Shown here piece after piece: positions 21,770 through 30,589 of a DNA stretch of 64,000 nt. The DNA is from Roseburia sp. CAG:303 (GTDB lineage: Bacteria > Actinomycetota > Coriobacteriia > Coriobacteriales > Coriobacteriaceae). The notes under the pieces are model-generated. The model saw nothing but the letters and a program-made list of their open reading frames with translations. It had not been told where the DNA came from and made no database searches. The stretch is taken from NCBI GenBank assembly GCA_963653375.1, contig CAVJWJ010000001.1, forward strand, positions 27,046 through 91,045, in the 5' to 3' direction. Each line of letters opens with the position of its first letter. Position 1 is the first letter of the stretch. The translations under genes were made by a program, and so were the position numbers.

Positions 21770-23788
21770 ATGACCGAAGCGGTCAAGCATCCCCTGCATG
21801 TAGTATTTGCAAGTGCAGAAGCAGCTCCCTTTGTTAAGACGGGCGGATTGGGCGATGTCGCAGGATCGCTGCCTGCAGCCCTTGAGGAGGCGGGCGCCAA
21901 GGTCATTGTTATGGTGCCCAAGTACTCCACTATCGATGATTCGTGGCTCAGTCAGATGGAGCACGTCTGCGACTTTACCGTACCTCTGGGTTGGAGAAAC
22001 GAGTACTGTGGCCTTGAGCGCTTGGTACACGACGGCATTACATATCTCTTTATTGATAACGAGCGCTACTTTAAGCGTGACTATCCGTACGGGTTCTTTG
22101 ACGACGGTGAACGCTTTGCATTCTTCTCTAAAGCAGTAACCGAGTCTCTGCAACACCTCCCAGATGGATTTACCTGCGACGTATTGCACTGCAATGACTG
22201 GCACACTGCCATGGCGCCCGTCTTTTTGCGCGAGTTCTACCAGGGCTTACCCCTCTACGAGAACGTAAAGACGGTCTACTCCATTCACAACATTGCATTC
22301 CAAGGACAGTTCAGCGACTTCATGCTTGGCGATGTTTTAGGACTAAGTGAGGTAGAAGCTGCAGCGCGCCAGCTTAGATGTGATGATCGCTCGATTAACT
22401 ACATGTTAGGAGCCATCAACTATTCAGATGCCGTTACAACGGTCTCCCCTTCTTATGCAGAAGAAATTCGCACGCCCGAATTTGGAGAAGGCCTCGATGG
22501 CGCGCTGAGACGTCGCCAGAATGTACTCTCCGGCATCGTAAACGGCATTGATACGCAGAAAAATGACCCCGCAACTGATCAGCGCATAGCCGCTACCTAT
22601 TCACTCGGCAACATGAGTGGCAAAGCTGCTTGTAAAGCGGCTATTCAAGAGGAGCTGGGGCTCGAAGTGCGCGATGACCGCCCCCTTATGGTTATGGTCA
22701 CACGCCTGACCAGGCAAAAAGGTATGGACTTGGTAACCTACGCGCTTGAGCGCATTCTTGCGGGCGGTGTTCAGGTGGCAGTACTTGGCACGGGCGACCG
22801 AGACTATGAGGATGCACTCCGTTGGTTTGAGAATATGTATCCTGGCCAAATGGCTGCGCGCGTTCAGTTTGACCCTGCACTCTCACAGCGCATGTATGCA
22901 GGCGCAGATATGTTCTTAATGCCGTCGCTATTTGAGCCGTGCGGTCTCTCGCAGATGATTGCTATGCGCTATGGCACGCTACCTGTGGTTCGTGAGACCG
23001 GAGGCTTGCGCGACACCGTGCAGCCCTACAACCGCTACACCGGTGGGGGCACAGGATTCTCATTCACACACTTTAACGGCGAAGAAATGGGCGATGCCGT
23101 GTTCCGCGCCGCACGTCTATTCTGGGACGACCGAGCAGCCTGGGATGCCCTGGTAGCACAGGCCATGAGCGTTGATTTTAGCTGGAAGGCTTCAGCGCAG
23201 CGCTATCTTGATTTGTATCTTGGCCTTTGCCCAGATTGCACGCTTGGTGTGCCTCAGCGTGCCCCCAGTAAACCAGCTCGTAAAAAGGCTGCACCCAAAT
23301 CTACATCTGAAGAAAAACCCGCTGAATCAGCAACGGATGCAAAGCCAGAGGAAGCGAAGAAGGAACCAGTCGCCACAGAAGCACCTGTCGTAGAAGCAGC
23401 AACCATGGAGGCAACAACGAAGCCCACAGCAACCACATCTGCAAAATCAGCAGCTGCCACAGCTACAAAGTCGGCTTCCACTAAAACAGCTACCAAATCC
23501 ACGACAAAGTCAGCGCCCAAGGCCACCTCTGCCCGAACTAGTAGGTCAACAGCTAAGGCTTCTTCTACGCGCTCTACTTCTCGGTCAACAGCCAAGACTA
23601 CAAAATCTACGAGCAGCGCAAAGCCGGCGGCCAAGACAACTACTACGCCTGCGGCAAAAACGACTGCTAAGACTACAACCAGAGCCGCAACGAAAAACAC
23701 TGCGAAACCAGCAACAAAGCCTGCGGCGAAATCCGCAACCCAAGCAAAAGCTACGCCTAAAACCGACTCCCCAAAGACCGGTAAATAA
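21770..23788 (+). CDS. glgA: Glycogen synthase (GT5) with a ~190-aa low-complexity C-terminal tail
   Basis: 672 aa. The N-terminal 'PFVKTGGLGDV' motif is present. The catalytic domain ends near 'SAQRYLDLYLGL', and the rest is an A/T/K/S/P-rich tail. Confidence 0.95.
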   Translation: MTEAVKHPLHVVFASAEAAPFVKTGGLGDVAGSLPAALEEAGAKVIVMVPKYSTIDDSWLSQMEHVCDFTVPLGWRNEYCGLERLVHDGITYLFIDNERYFKRDYPYGFFDDGERFAFFSKAVTESLQHLPDGFTCDVLHCNDWHTAMAPVFLREFYQGLPLYENVKTVYSIHNIAFQGQFSDFMLGDVLGLSEVEAAARQLRCDDRSINYMLGAINYSDAVTTVSPSYAEEIRTPEFGEGLDGALRRRQNVLSGIVNGIDTQKNDPATDQRIAATYSLGNMSGKAACKAAIQEELGLEVRDDRPLMVMVTRLTRQKGMDLVTYALERILAGGVQVAVLGTGDRDYEDALRWFENMYPGQMAARVQFDPALSQRMYAGADMFLMPSLFEPCGLSQMIAMRYGTLPVVRETGGLRDTVQPYNRYTGGGTGFSFTHFNGEEMGDAVFRAARLFWDDRAAWDALVAQAMSVDFSWKASAQRYLDLYLGLCPDCTLGVPQRAPSKPARKKAAPKSTSEEKPAESATDAKPEEAKKEPVATEAPVVEAATMEATTKPTATTSAKSAAATATKSASTKTATKSTTKSAPKATSARTSRSTAKASSTRSTSRSTAKTTKSTSSAKPAAKTTTTPAAKTTAKTTTRAATKNTAKPATKPAAKSATQAKATPKTDSPKTGK

Positions 23789-23821
23789 TTGTTGATTTGC
23801 GCAGCTCGTACAGTCTGATAC

Positions 23822-23858
23822 ATAGGGGCACCACTTCACATGAAGGCGGTGCCCCTAT
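23822..23858 (+). terminator. Strong stem-loop after glgA (terminator-like, no U-tract)
   Basis: An 11-bp perfect stem, ATAGGGGCACC ... GGTGCCCCTAT, encloses a 15-nt loop. The lack of a T-run lowers confidence. Confidence 0.35.
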
Positions 23859-23904
23859 CCTGTACACTAACCAAGTACCAAAAACCTAGAATCCAAGGAG
23901 TCGC

Positions 23905-26900
23905 ATGAAACTCCGTCACAACAGCCGTTCTCCCAAATTTCGCACCCCCTACGGTGCTGTCACGTTAGGCACCACCGTTAACCTGCGTTGCAGTGTTGAA
24001 GATATTGACCCCCAGTTAGTAACTTGCACGCTTCGCCTATGGGTTGACGGCGAGGGTGAAATATTACTCCCCATGGACCACGAAGGTGACGGAATATTTG
24101 CCGCCAGCATTATCCGCAAAGAACCGGCTATTGTTTGGTATTCATTTATTGTATGTGCACCCAACGAGCCTGAATTGCGCATTGGCGCCCCACAGGGCTT
24201 TCAGGGCGGAGAAGGAGCAACGTACGATTATCAGGAAGTTCCCTCCTTTCAGCTTACGTTTTATCGAGCACGCAAAACACGTCCTTCATGGTATGAAAGC
24301 GGTATGGTTTACCAGGTATTTCCCGACCGCTTTTCGCGCGATGGTGGATGGCGAGCACGCTGTGAGGTAGAAGCCTCCAAGAAGCGCGTGGGCAGTATCA
24401 AACGCATTGTCGAAGATTGGAACACCCCTCCTACCTACGAGCGCAACTCCGACAACTCAATTACCACCTGGGACTTCTACGGAGGCTCGCTTAAGGGCAT
24501 ACAGGAACGCCTGCCCTACCTATCAGAGCTCGGTGTAACCGCAATTTATATTAACCCCATCTTTGAAGCTGTCAGCAACCACCGCTATGACACCGCAAAT
24601 TACATGCATATTGACCCCATGCTGGGCACCGATGAGGATTTCAGCGAGCTATGCCGTACAGCCCACGAACACGGCATGGGCATTATTCTGGACGGCGTCT
24701 TTAACCATACAGGAGACGATTCTGTCTACTTTAACCGCTATGGCAACTATCCCGAACCAGGCGCATGGCAAAAAGCGGGCGGGCACTGGGACGACGCTTT
24801 CCACATGAAGCCAGACGGCGAATACGAATGCTGGTGGGGTGTCACCAATATGCCAAATCTCAATGAGGACTCCCCTGCCGTGCGAGAACTCCTCTTAGGC
24901 GAAGATGGCGTAATTAGACATTGGCTCCGCGCTGGTGCTGATGGATGGCGCCTTGATGTAGCCGACGAGTTGAGTGACGGCTTTATTGCCGAGATTAAGG
25001 CAGCAGCTCTTGCCGAAAAACCTGACGCACTGGTGCTGGGTGAAGTGTGGGAAGACGCTTCAAATAAGATTAGCTACGGTAAGCTCCGTCGCTACTTGCT
25101 TGGCGACGAGCTTGATGCCGCGATGAATTATCCTTTCCGCACGCTGGTAATTGATTTTCTTACCAATGCCAATGGATGCACCGCCTACACCGCAGCTCAG
25201 ACCATCCAAAGTTTAAGCGAGAACTACCCGCCTGAGGCACTACGCTGCTCATTGAACCTTTTAAGTAGTCATGACCGTCCGCGCATTGTCTCTGTTTTAG
25301 GCGACGCGCCAGATCCAGACTCAATCCCCGAAAACGAGCGTGCCACGTGGCGCCTGCCAGAATACAAGCTAGGGCTTGCAAAAGCGCGCTTTTGGCTTGC
25401 AACCCTTATGCAAATGACATTCCCAGGCGTTCCTTCTATCTACTATGGCGATGAGCTTGGTGTACAGGGGCTCAATGACCCCGGCAACCGTTCACCCTAC
25501 CCTTGGGGCCAGGGTGACGCAGACTTTACTGCTATGGTCAAAAACGCCGTCGGCTTGCGTCGTTCCATGTCGCTCTTTACGTCCGACACCATTGAGGCAG
25601 AAGCATTAAACGACGATGTACTGATGTACACCCGCCGTGGAACCTGCGGCGAACGCGTCACTATGCTCATCAATCGCAGTACTACGCAATGCCATACCGT
25701 ACGCATTCCATTTATTGGAGAAGCGGCTTGCGACCTCATTAGCGGACGCGATTTACACGCTACAAACGATGGGCTTGCCGAGCTTACGCTTTATCCCCTG
25801 GGCAGCTGTGCTGCGTATTTCCACAACAAGCAGCGTCTCCAAAAACCGCTTGACCGCGGCTGGGGCGTTATGTGCCACGTCACCTCGGTACCCAATAAGA
25901 ACGGTGTAGGTACGCTCGGTGCTCCAGCACGAGCATTTGTTGACCACCTGGAACAGATGGGCGCCTCGTACTGGCAGGTGCTGCCCGTAAACCCCACAGA
26001 CGAGCATAACTCGCCCTATGCGGGCCCCTCTGCCTTTGCGGGCAACACCAATCTGTTAGAAGAATCTGCAGATGAACTTGAACGCGCGTATGCAGAACTT
26101 GAGGGCAATGACGCCCAAACTAAAAATGCCTTTGAGGCTTTCGTAGTAAACAATAGAGACTGGCTTAAGCCCTATTGCACTTTTATGGCAATCCATGACC
26201 TCCATAATGGCGCATCTCGCCATGAGTGGGAGGCTGCCTATGCTCACTACGATGAATCACTGCTCCAAGACCTCGCTATTAAAAACAAGGCACGCTATCA
26301 TGCCTATCTTCAGTTCCGCTTTGAAACTGAATGGCAGGAGCTGCACGCTTACGCAAACGAGCGTGGTATTAAAATCATCGGCGATATTCCTATGTATGTC
26401 TCTGATGACTCTGCTGATGTATGGAATGCGCCTGAGCTATTCTGCCTCGATGCAGACGGAGAGCCGACTCAGATAGCCGGAACGCCACCTGATCGCTTTT
26501 CTGAAACGGGACAGGTTTGGGGTAATCCTACCTACCAGTGGGATCAGATGCGCAAAGACGGCTACCGCTGGTGGATCGCCCGCCTGCACCGCGCACTTGC
26601 GCTCTACGACTATGTGCGCCTCGACCACTTCTTGGGCTTCCAGTCGTACTTCTCCATTCCAGCAGGCAAGCCTGGTTCAGATGGCCGTTGGATGCCGGGC
26701 CCCGGCCTTGAGCTCTTCCAGCACATACAGGCAGAGCTTGGAGATTTACCTCTTATAGCCGAAGACCTAGGTTATCTCACACCTGCCGTGCGAGCACTCG
26801 TGAGCGAGTGTGGCTTCCCCGGCATGAACGTGCTTGAATTCGCCGACGAAGACGTGCGCAACTGCATGCCTACCAGGGACAATGCCATTTTGTATACCTC

Positions 26901-27207
26901 GACCCACGACACCGCAACCCTTATGGGTTGGGTGGGCGATCGCTGGTTTGGCGGAGACTCCGCAGCGCCAGACGCCGTACGCACATGCGTTAACGATATC
27001 CGCCAGCGCGCCTTTGCAAGCGATGCTCCTCTGGTCATGATGCCTCTCCAAGACGTACTACATCTTGGCAATGAGTCGCGCATGAATGTACCAGGAACCA
27101 CAGGCGGCAACTGGTCTTGGCAGGCGGATGAGGCATCTGTGATTGCAGCAGTCGCCGACATTCAAGCTTTGGCGAAGACAACAGGACGCACCTCGCAGTC
27201 TCATTAA
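23905..27207 (+). CDS. malQ: Fusion protein: GH13 alpha-amylase-family enzyme (neopullulanase/cyclomaltodextrinase-like) plus GH77 4-alpha-glucanotransferase
   Basis: 1100 aa. The N-terminal ~640 aa carry GH13 regions I-IV ('DGVFNHTGDDS', 'DGWRLDVADEL', 'LGEVWED', 'LLSSHDRPR'). The C-terminal ~460 aa are MalQ-like ('GWGVMCHVTSVP', 'IIGDIPMYV', 'VRLDHFLGF', 'IAEDLGY', 'YTSTHDT'). No signal peptide is visible. Confidence 0.9.
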   Translation: MKLRHNSRSPKFRTPYGAVTLGTTVNLRCSVEDIDPQLVTCTLRLWVDGEGEILLPMDHEGDGIFAASIIRKEPAIVWYSFIVCAPNEPELRIGAPQGFQGGEGATYDYQEVPSFQLTFYRARKTRPSWYESGMVYQVFPDRFSRDGGWRARCEVEASKKRVGSIKRIVEDWNTPPTYERNSDNSITTWDFYGGSLKGIQERLPYLSELGVTAIYINPIFEAVSNHRYDTANYMHIDPMLGTDEDFSELCRTAHEHGMGIILDGVFNHTGDDSVYFNRYGNYPEPGAWQKAGGHWDDAFHMKPDGEYECWWGVTNMPNLNEDSPAVRELLLGEDGVIRHWLRAGADGWRLDVADELSDGFIAEIKAAALAEKPDALVLGEVWEDASNKISYGKLRRYLLGDELDAAMNYPFRTLVIDFLTNANGCTAYTAAQTIQSLSENYPPEALRCSLNLLSSHDRPRIVSVLGDAPDPDSIPENERATWRLPEYKLGLAKARFWLATLMQMTFPGVPSIYYGDELGVQGLNDPGNRSPYPWGQGDADFTAMVKNAVGLRRSMSLFTSDTIEAEALNDDVLMYTRRGTCGERVTMLINRSTTQCHTVRIPFIGEAACDLISGRDLHATNDGLAELTLYPLGSCAAYFHNKQRLQKPLDRGWGVMCHVTSVPNKNGVGTLGAPARAFVDHLEQMGASYWQVLPVNPTDEHNSPYAGPSAFAGNTNLLEESADELERAYAELEGNDAQTKNAFEAFVVNNRDWLKPYCTFMAIHDLHNGASRHEWEAAYAHYDESLLQDLAIKNKARYHAYLQFRFETEWQELHAYANERGIKIIGDIPMYVSDDSADVWNAPELFCLDADGEPTQIAGTPPDRFSETGQVWGNPTYQWDQMRKDGYRWWIARLHRALALYDYVRLDHFLGFQSYFSIPAGKPGSDGRWMPGPGLELFQHIQAELGDLPLIAEDLGYLTPAVRALVSECGFPGMNVLEFADEDVRNCMPTRDNAILYTSTHDTATLMGWVGDRWFGGDSAAPDAVRTCVNDIRQRAFASDAPLVMMPLQDVLHLGNESRMNVPGTTGGNWSWQADEASVIAAVADIQALAKTTGRTSQSH

Positions 27208-27338
27208 CCCTTGGCTATTCCCTAAAGTCTTCACGCTGGGCGCGGCACTTTCGGGTACAGTAGCAAAGGTAAAAAACGTAAGGCACCCACCGGTCGGTCT
27301 GACAGGTGGGCGCATAGGCAAACCAAGGAGATTTACGA

Positions 27339-27596
27339 GTGGCACGCTACGATTATCGCTGCACAAGCTGCGGCACTGTTTTTGAGGTTGAACACGGCAT
27401 GACCGAGCATCCGGAGGTCACCTGCCCCTCTTGTGGTAAGGAAGCTGAGAAGGTCTTTAACGCGAGCGGTATTAAGTTTGAGGGTTCGGGTTTCTATAAC
27501 ACGGACCAGCGCTCTGGTGGCTCAAGCACTTCCGCCACATCCAGCGCTCCCGAAGCACACTCCTGTGGCTGCGCTGACTGCCCGCACAGCAAGTAG
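27339..27596 (+). CDS. FmdB-family zinc-ribbon protein
   Basis: 85 aa with a GTG start behind the RBS AAGGAG. 'YDYRCTSCGTVFE...CPSCG' is the CxxC...CxxC zinc ribbon of the FmdB family. Confidence 0.85.
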   Translation: MARYDYRCTSCGTVFEVEHGMTEHPEVTCPSCGKEAEKVFNASGIKFEGSGFYNTDQRSGGSSTSATSSAPEAHSCGCADCPHSK

Positions 27597-27627
27597 TTTC
27601 GAAACTACTTAGATTAAAACGCTGTTC

Positions 27628-27654
27628 AGAGCCCGTGTGTACGGGCTCTTTTTA
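27628..27654 (+). terminator. Intrinsic terminator after the fmdB-like gene
   Basis: AGAGCCCGT-GTGT-ACGGGCTCT is followed by TTTT. Confidence 0.8.
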
Positions 27655-27675
27655 TGCGAATCAAAGCAAACGGAA

Positions 27676-29097
27676 TTAATTAGTCCGCACGAAACGTGCG
27701 CAGAAATGCCCATCAAAGTCGGTATGAGCAACAGGCATAGGAGCAAAATAACCTTCGGGCGTTTCATGATCTTTTACATACGCACAAGCGTCAGCACACT
27801 CCTTGCGCTGCAAAAACTCCGCCCCAGAAACAGGAGCGACAGCAAACAAAGAACCCTCAGGAGAGGCCAAGAACTGTGCAATAACCTCGTCATCTTCTTT
27901 TAAAAGCGGAGAGCAAGTTGAATAGATAAGCTCGCCGCCTGGCACCACACGACGTGCGGCTTGAGTAAGCATGGTGAGCTGAAGCTGCGGCAGAGTCTCT
28001 TGTACATCAAGCTCACTCAAGCGCCAGGGAATCTCTGGGTGGCGGCGCATGGTACCCACCCCTGAGCATGGCGCATCCACAAAGACGGTGTCAAAGCAGA
28101 CATGTTTATGCTGACAGTCAAGCGGCTGAAGTGCAGCATCAAGGTCGCAGGCGTTGCCCGAGAGATATTCGATATGCTCACCGAGCCCCGCAGCATCCAT
28201 ACGTTCACGATTGAGTTGAGCCTTGTGTGCGTGCAAATCAAGAGCCACATGCTGACGTTCAAGACCAAACCGAGCAGCCTGAGCAGCCATAACAAAGGTC
28301 TTGGTTCCACGCCCTGAGCCTATCTCCAAGCAAGAACCCGCCCGCGTAGCAATGCTGGCTATCAGCTGTGCATGTAGGTCAGAAACAACCAGCTCTCCCT
28401 CACGGCGCTCAGAGGAGGCCAGCACATGAGGCGAGGTTACCTGTAAGCAACCAGGAAGCACTGAAGGGATTGTCTGCTGATTCAGCGTTGCTTTACATGA
28501 ACACAAGGGATTCAGATGCACTGCCAATAGAGCGGGATTGAGGTTATCTACCAGTTCAGAGTTGCATCCGCGGTCCTCACGCGCGCGAGCAATCTCGCGG
28601 TAGAGCCATACAGGAAGGCCAAGAGCACGCGCTGTCTGCGAGACAGCACGCTCCCCTTCTGGCACATCAAGCGCCTTAAGGTATGAGTCACGATTTGCAT
28701 CGATACGCCGAAGCACGGCATTTGCAAGACCCGCGGCAGAACGTGCCTGCGAACGTACAAGCTCCACACCTTGGCTCACAGCAATATGACCTGGCGTATT
28801 GAGATAGAGCATCTCAAACGTTGCAATGCGTAAGGCAATCCGAACCCGCGCCGAAAGCTTCCCTGGCTTTGTAAGATGGACGTCAAGAGCCTCGTCAAGA
28901 CAACCAGATGTGGCTGTAACCCCCAAAGCCAACGTGGAAGCAAAGGCAAAATTTCGCTCATCAAGCACAGCAGAGACGGCTGCCTTACGCGCAGCCAATT
29001 CATCACGTACAAAGGCTTGAGACGAGTTTGACTCCGCAAGAACATCGAGGGCAAAACGCCGCGCAGGCGAAAGCTTACTCACGAGAGCTTCTCCCAC
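27676..29097 (-). CDS. rsmB: 16S rRNA (cytosine967-C5)-methyltransferase
   Basis: 473 aa with an N-terminal NusB-like domain. Motif IV is 'DAPCSGVGT' and motif VI is 'YSTCS'. An alternative GTG at 29082 would give a GTGA overlap with the fmt stop. Confidence 0.9.
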   Translation of the reverse strand: MGEALVSKLSPARRFALDVLAESNSSQAFVRDELAARKAAVSAVLDERNFAFASTLALGVTATSGCLDEALDVHLTKPGKLSARVRIALRIATFEMLYLNTPGHIAVSQGVELVRSQARSAAGLANAVLRRIDANRDSYLKALDVPEGERAVSQTARALGLPVWLYREIARAREDRGCNSELVDNLNPALLAVHLNPLCSCKATLNQQTIPSVLPGCLQVTSPHVLASSERREGELVVSDLHAQLIASIATRAGSCLEIGSGRGTKTFVMAAQAARFGLERQHVALDLHAHKAQLNRERMDAAGLGEHIEYLSGNACDLDAALQPLDCQHKHVCFDTVFVDAPCSGVGTMRRHPEIPWRLSELDVQETLPQLQLTMLTQAARRVVPGGELIYSTCSPLLKEDDEVIAQFLASPEGSLFAVAPVSGAEFLQRKECADACAYVKDHETPEGYFAPMPVAHTDFDGHFCARFVRTN

Positions 29098-30005
29098 AGC
29101 AAGCGCTGTTCATGAAGACCAGCTGCCCAGGCAGCCGCATCCATTTGACGCTTTCCATCAGGCTTGACAGACAAAAGCTCAATGGCACCGTCCATACAAC
29201 CAAGGAAGACACACTTAGAAGCAATCTGCAGCTCGCCTGCAGCAGGAGCGCACGCCAAATCAGCAGGCGCTTGTGCCTCCATAATGCGCAGCGGACGTCC
29301 AGCCACAACACAGCGAGCAGGAGCTGCATCGGAAGACGCAAGCACTCGAGCAAGCGCCTCCGCAGCAGACATGACGGGATCCAAGCGCATCTCGGCTTTG
29401 CTTACCTTCTCGGCATGCGTTACAAGCGCCTCGTCCTGTTCTGTCCATACAGCAGAGCCATCAGCGATGGCAGGCAGCGTCTGGCAGAGCAGATCGGCAC
29501 CGAGGTACGCAAGCTCTGTGGTAAGAGCGTCAGCAGACTTACCAGCCACCAACGTAGAAGCCTGAGCACAATAGGCGCCTGTGTCTACTCCATGTCCAAT
29601 ACGCATGATGGAGACGCCCGTGTACTCGTCACCGGCAAGAATAGAGCGCTGAATAGGAGCGGCACCACGCCAACGCGGCAAGAGTGAGGCATGAACGTTC
29701 ACAATGCCTAGTGGCGCCATCGTAAGCACCTCATCAGGCAAAATGCAGCCATAGGCAGCCACGCAGAAGATATCTGCCTGGGCGCTGCGTAGCTCATCAA
29801 TCACCTCAGGCATGCAGCGCGTGGTCTCGAGAACAGGAAGCCCCAACTCAAGAGCTGCAGCCTTAACAGGAGAGGGTTCGAGCTTCTTGCCACGACCACG
29901 AACAGCATCGGGACGCGTAAGCACAAGCACAACCTCATGCTCTGCGTTCAACGCCCTAAGCGAGGGCACAGCAAACTCAGGCGTGCCCATAAACACAACG
30001 CGCAT
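29079..30005 (-). CDS. fmt: Methionyl-tRNA formyltransferase
   Basis: 308 aa. Starts 'MRVVFMGTPEFAVPSL' and carries 'NVHASLLPRWRGAAPIQRSI'. Confidence 0.95.
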   Translation of the reverse strand: MRVVFMGTPEFAVPSLRALNAEHEVVLVLTRPDAVRGRGKKLEPSPVKAAALELGLPVLETTRCMPEVIDELRSAQADIFCVAAYGCILPDEVLTMAPLGIVNVHASLLPRWRGAAPIQRSILAGDEYTGVSIMRIGHGVDTGAYCAQASTLVAGKSADALTTELAYLGADLLCQTLPAIADGSAVWTEQDEALVTHAEKVSKAEMRLDPVMSAAEALARVLASSDAAPARCVVAGRPLRIMEAQAPADLACAPAAGELQIASKCVFLGCMDGAIELLSVKPDGKRQMDAAAWAAGLHEQRLLWEKLS

Positions 30006-30008
30006 GAG

Positions 30009-30545
30009 CTACTCCGTCTGTCCCGGTTTAGCGCCACGAGCCAGCGCATCTTGATACTCTCGAATAGCAGCAACACGCTTTGCAGGAGCCAAGCGCTCAA
30101 GCATCGTAATACCATGCAAATGGTCGATCTCGTGCTGCAAGCACACGCAGAACAAGTCCCCCGAAGACTCATAGCGCATCAAGTTGGCGTCCAAATCGTA
30201 TGCTTCAACTACCACGTGATCGGAGCGCATAATCTCGCAGTTAATACCAGGAACCGAAAGGCAGCCCTCGTTATACGACATCAACGTATCCGACTGCTCC
30301 ACAATAACGGGATTGATAAGCACAAACGGGTCAAAGTCATGCTTGTCGGTATACTCGCAATCAATAACCACCATCTGTACGAGCTCGCCCACCTGCGGCG
30401 CAGCAATGCCACAGCCACCGTTATCAAACATAAGCTGCTTCATGCGTTCGGCCAGCTCTTCAATCTGGGGGGTAATCTCAGAAATCTCGGCGCACTCCTG
30501 GCGCAGGCGCGGATCAGGCGACAACACAATGCCGTTTAACTCCAT
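30009..30545 (-). CDS. def: Peptide deformylase
   Basis: All three Def motifs are present: 'GIAAPQVG', 'EGCLSVPG' and 'QHEIDHLHG'. I placed the start at the ATG at 30545, which follows AAGGAG. The track ORF begins 7 codons earlier at a TTG. Confidence 0.93.
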   Translation of the reverse strand: MELNGIVLSPDPRLRQECAEISEITPQIEELAERMKQLMFDNGGCGIAAPQVGELVQMVVIDCEYTDKHDFDPFVLINPVIVEQSDTLMSYNEGCLSVPGINCEIMRSDHVVVEAYDLDANLMRYESSGDLFCVCLQHEIDHLHGITMLERLAPAKRVAAIREYQDALARGAKPGQTE

Positions 30546-30589
30546 GAGCGCAATCGCTCCTTTCAAACACGATGCGCAAGCCAGATTGG

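Noticed and set aside
23254-23823. A 189-aa minus-strand ORF and other ORFs overlapping the GlgA tail region; also the Cys/Arg-rich alternative frames inside the YhgE gene (35572..36271).
   Set aside because: Low-complexity sense sequence yields open alternative frames. None has start signals or a plausible protein composition.
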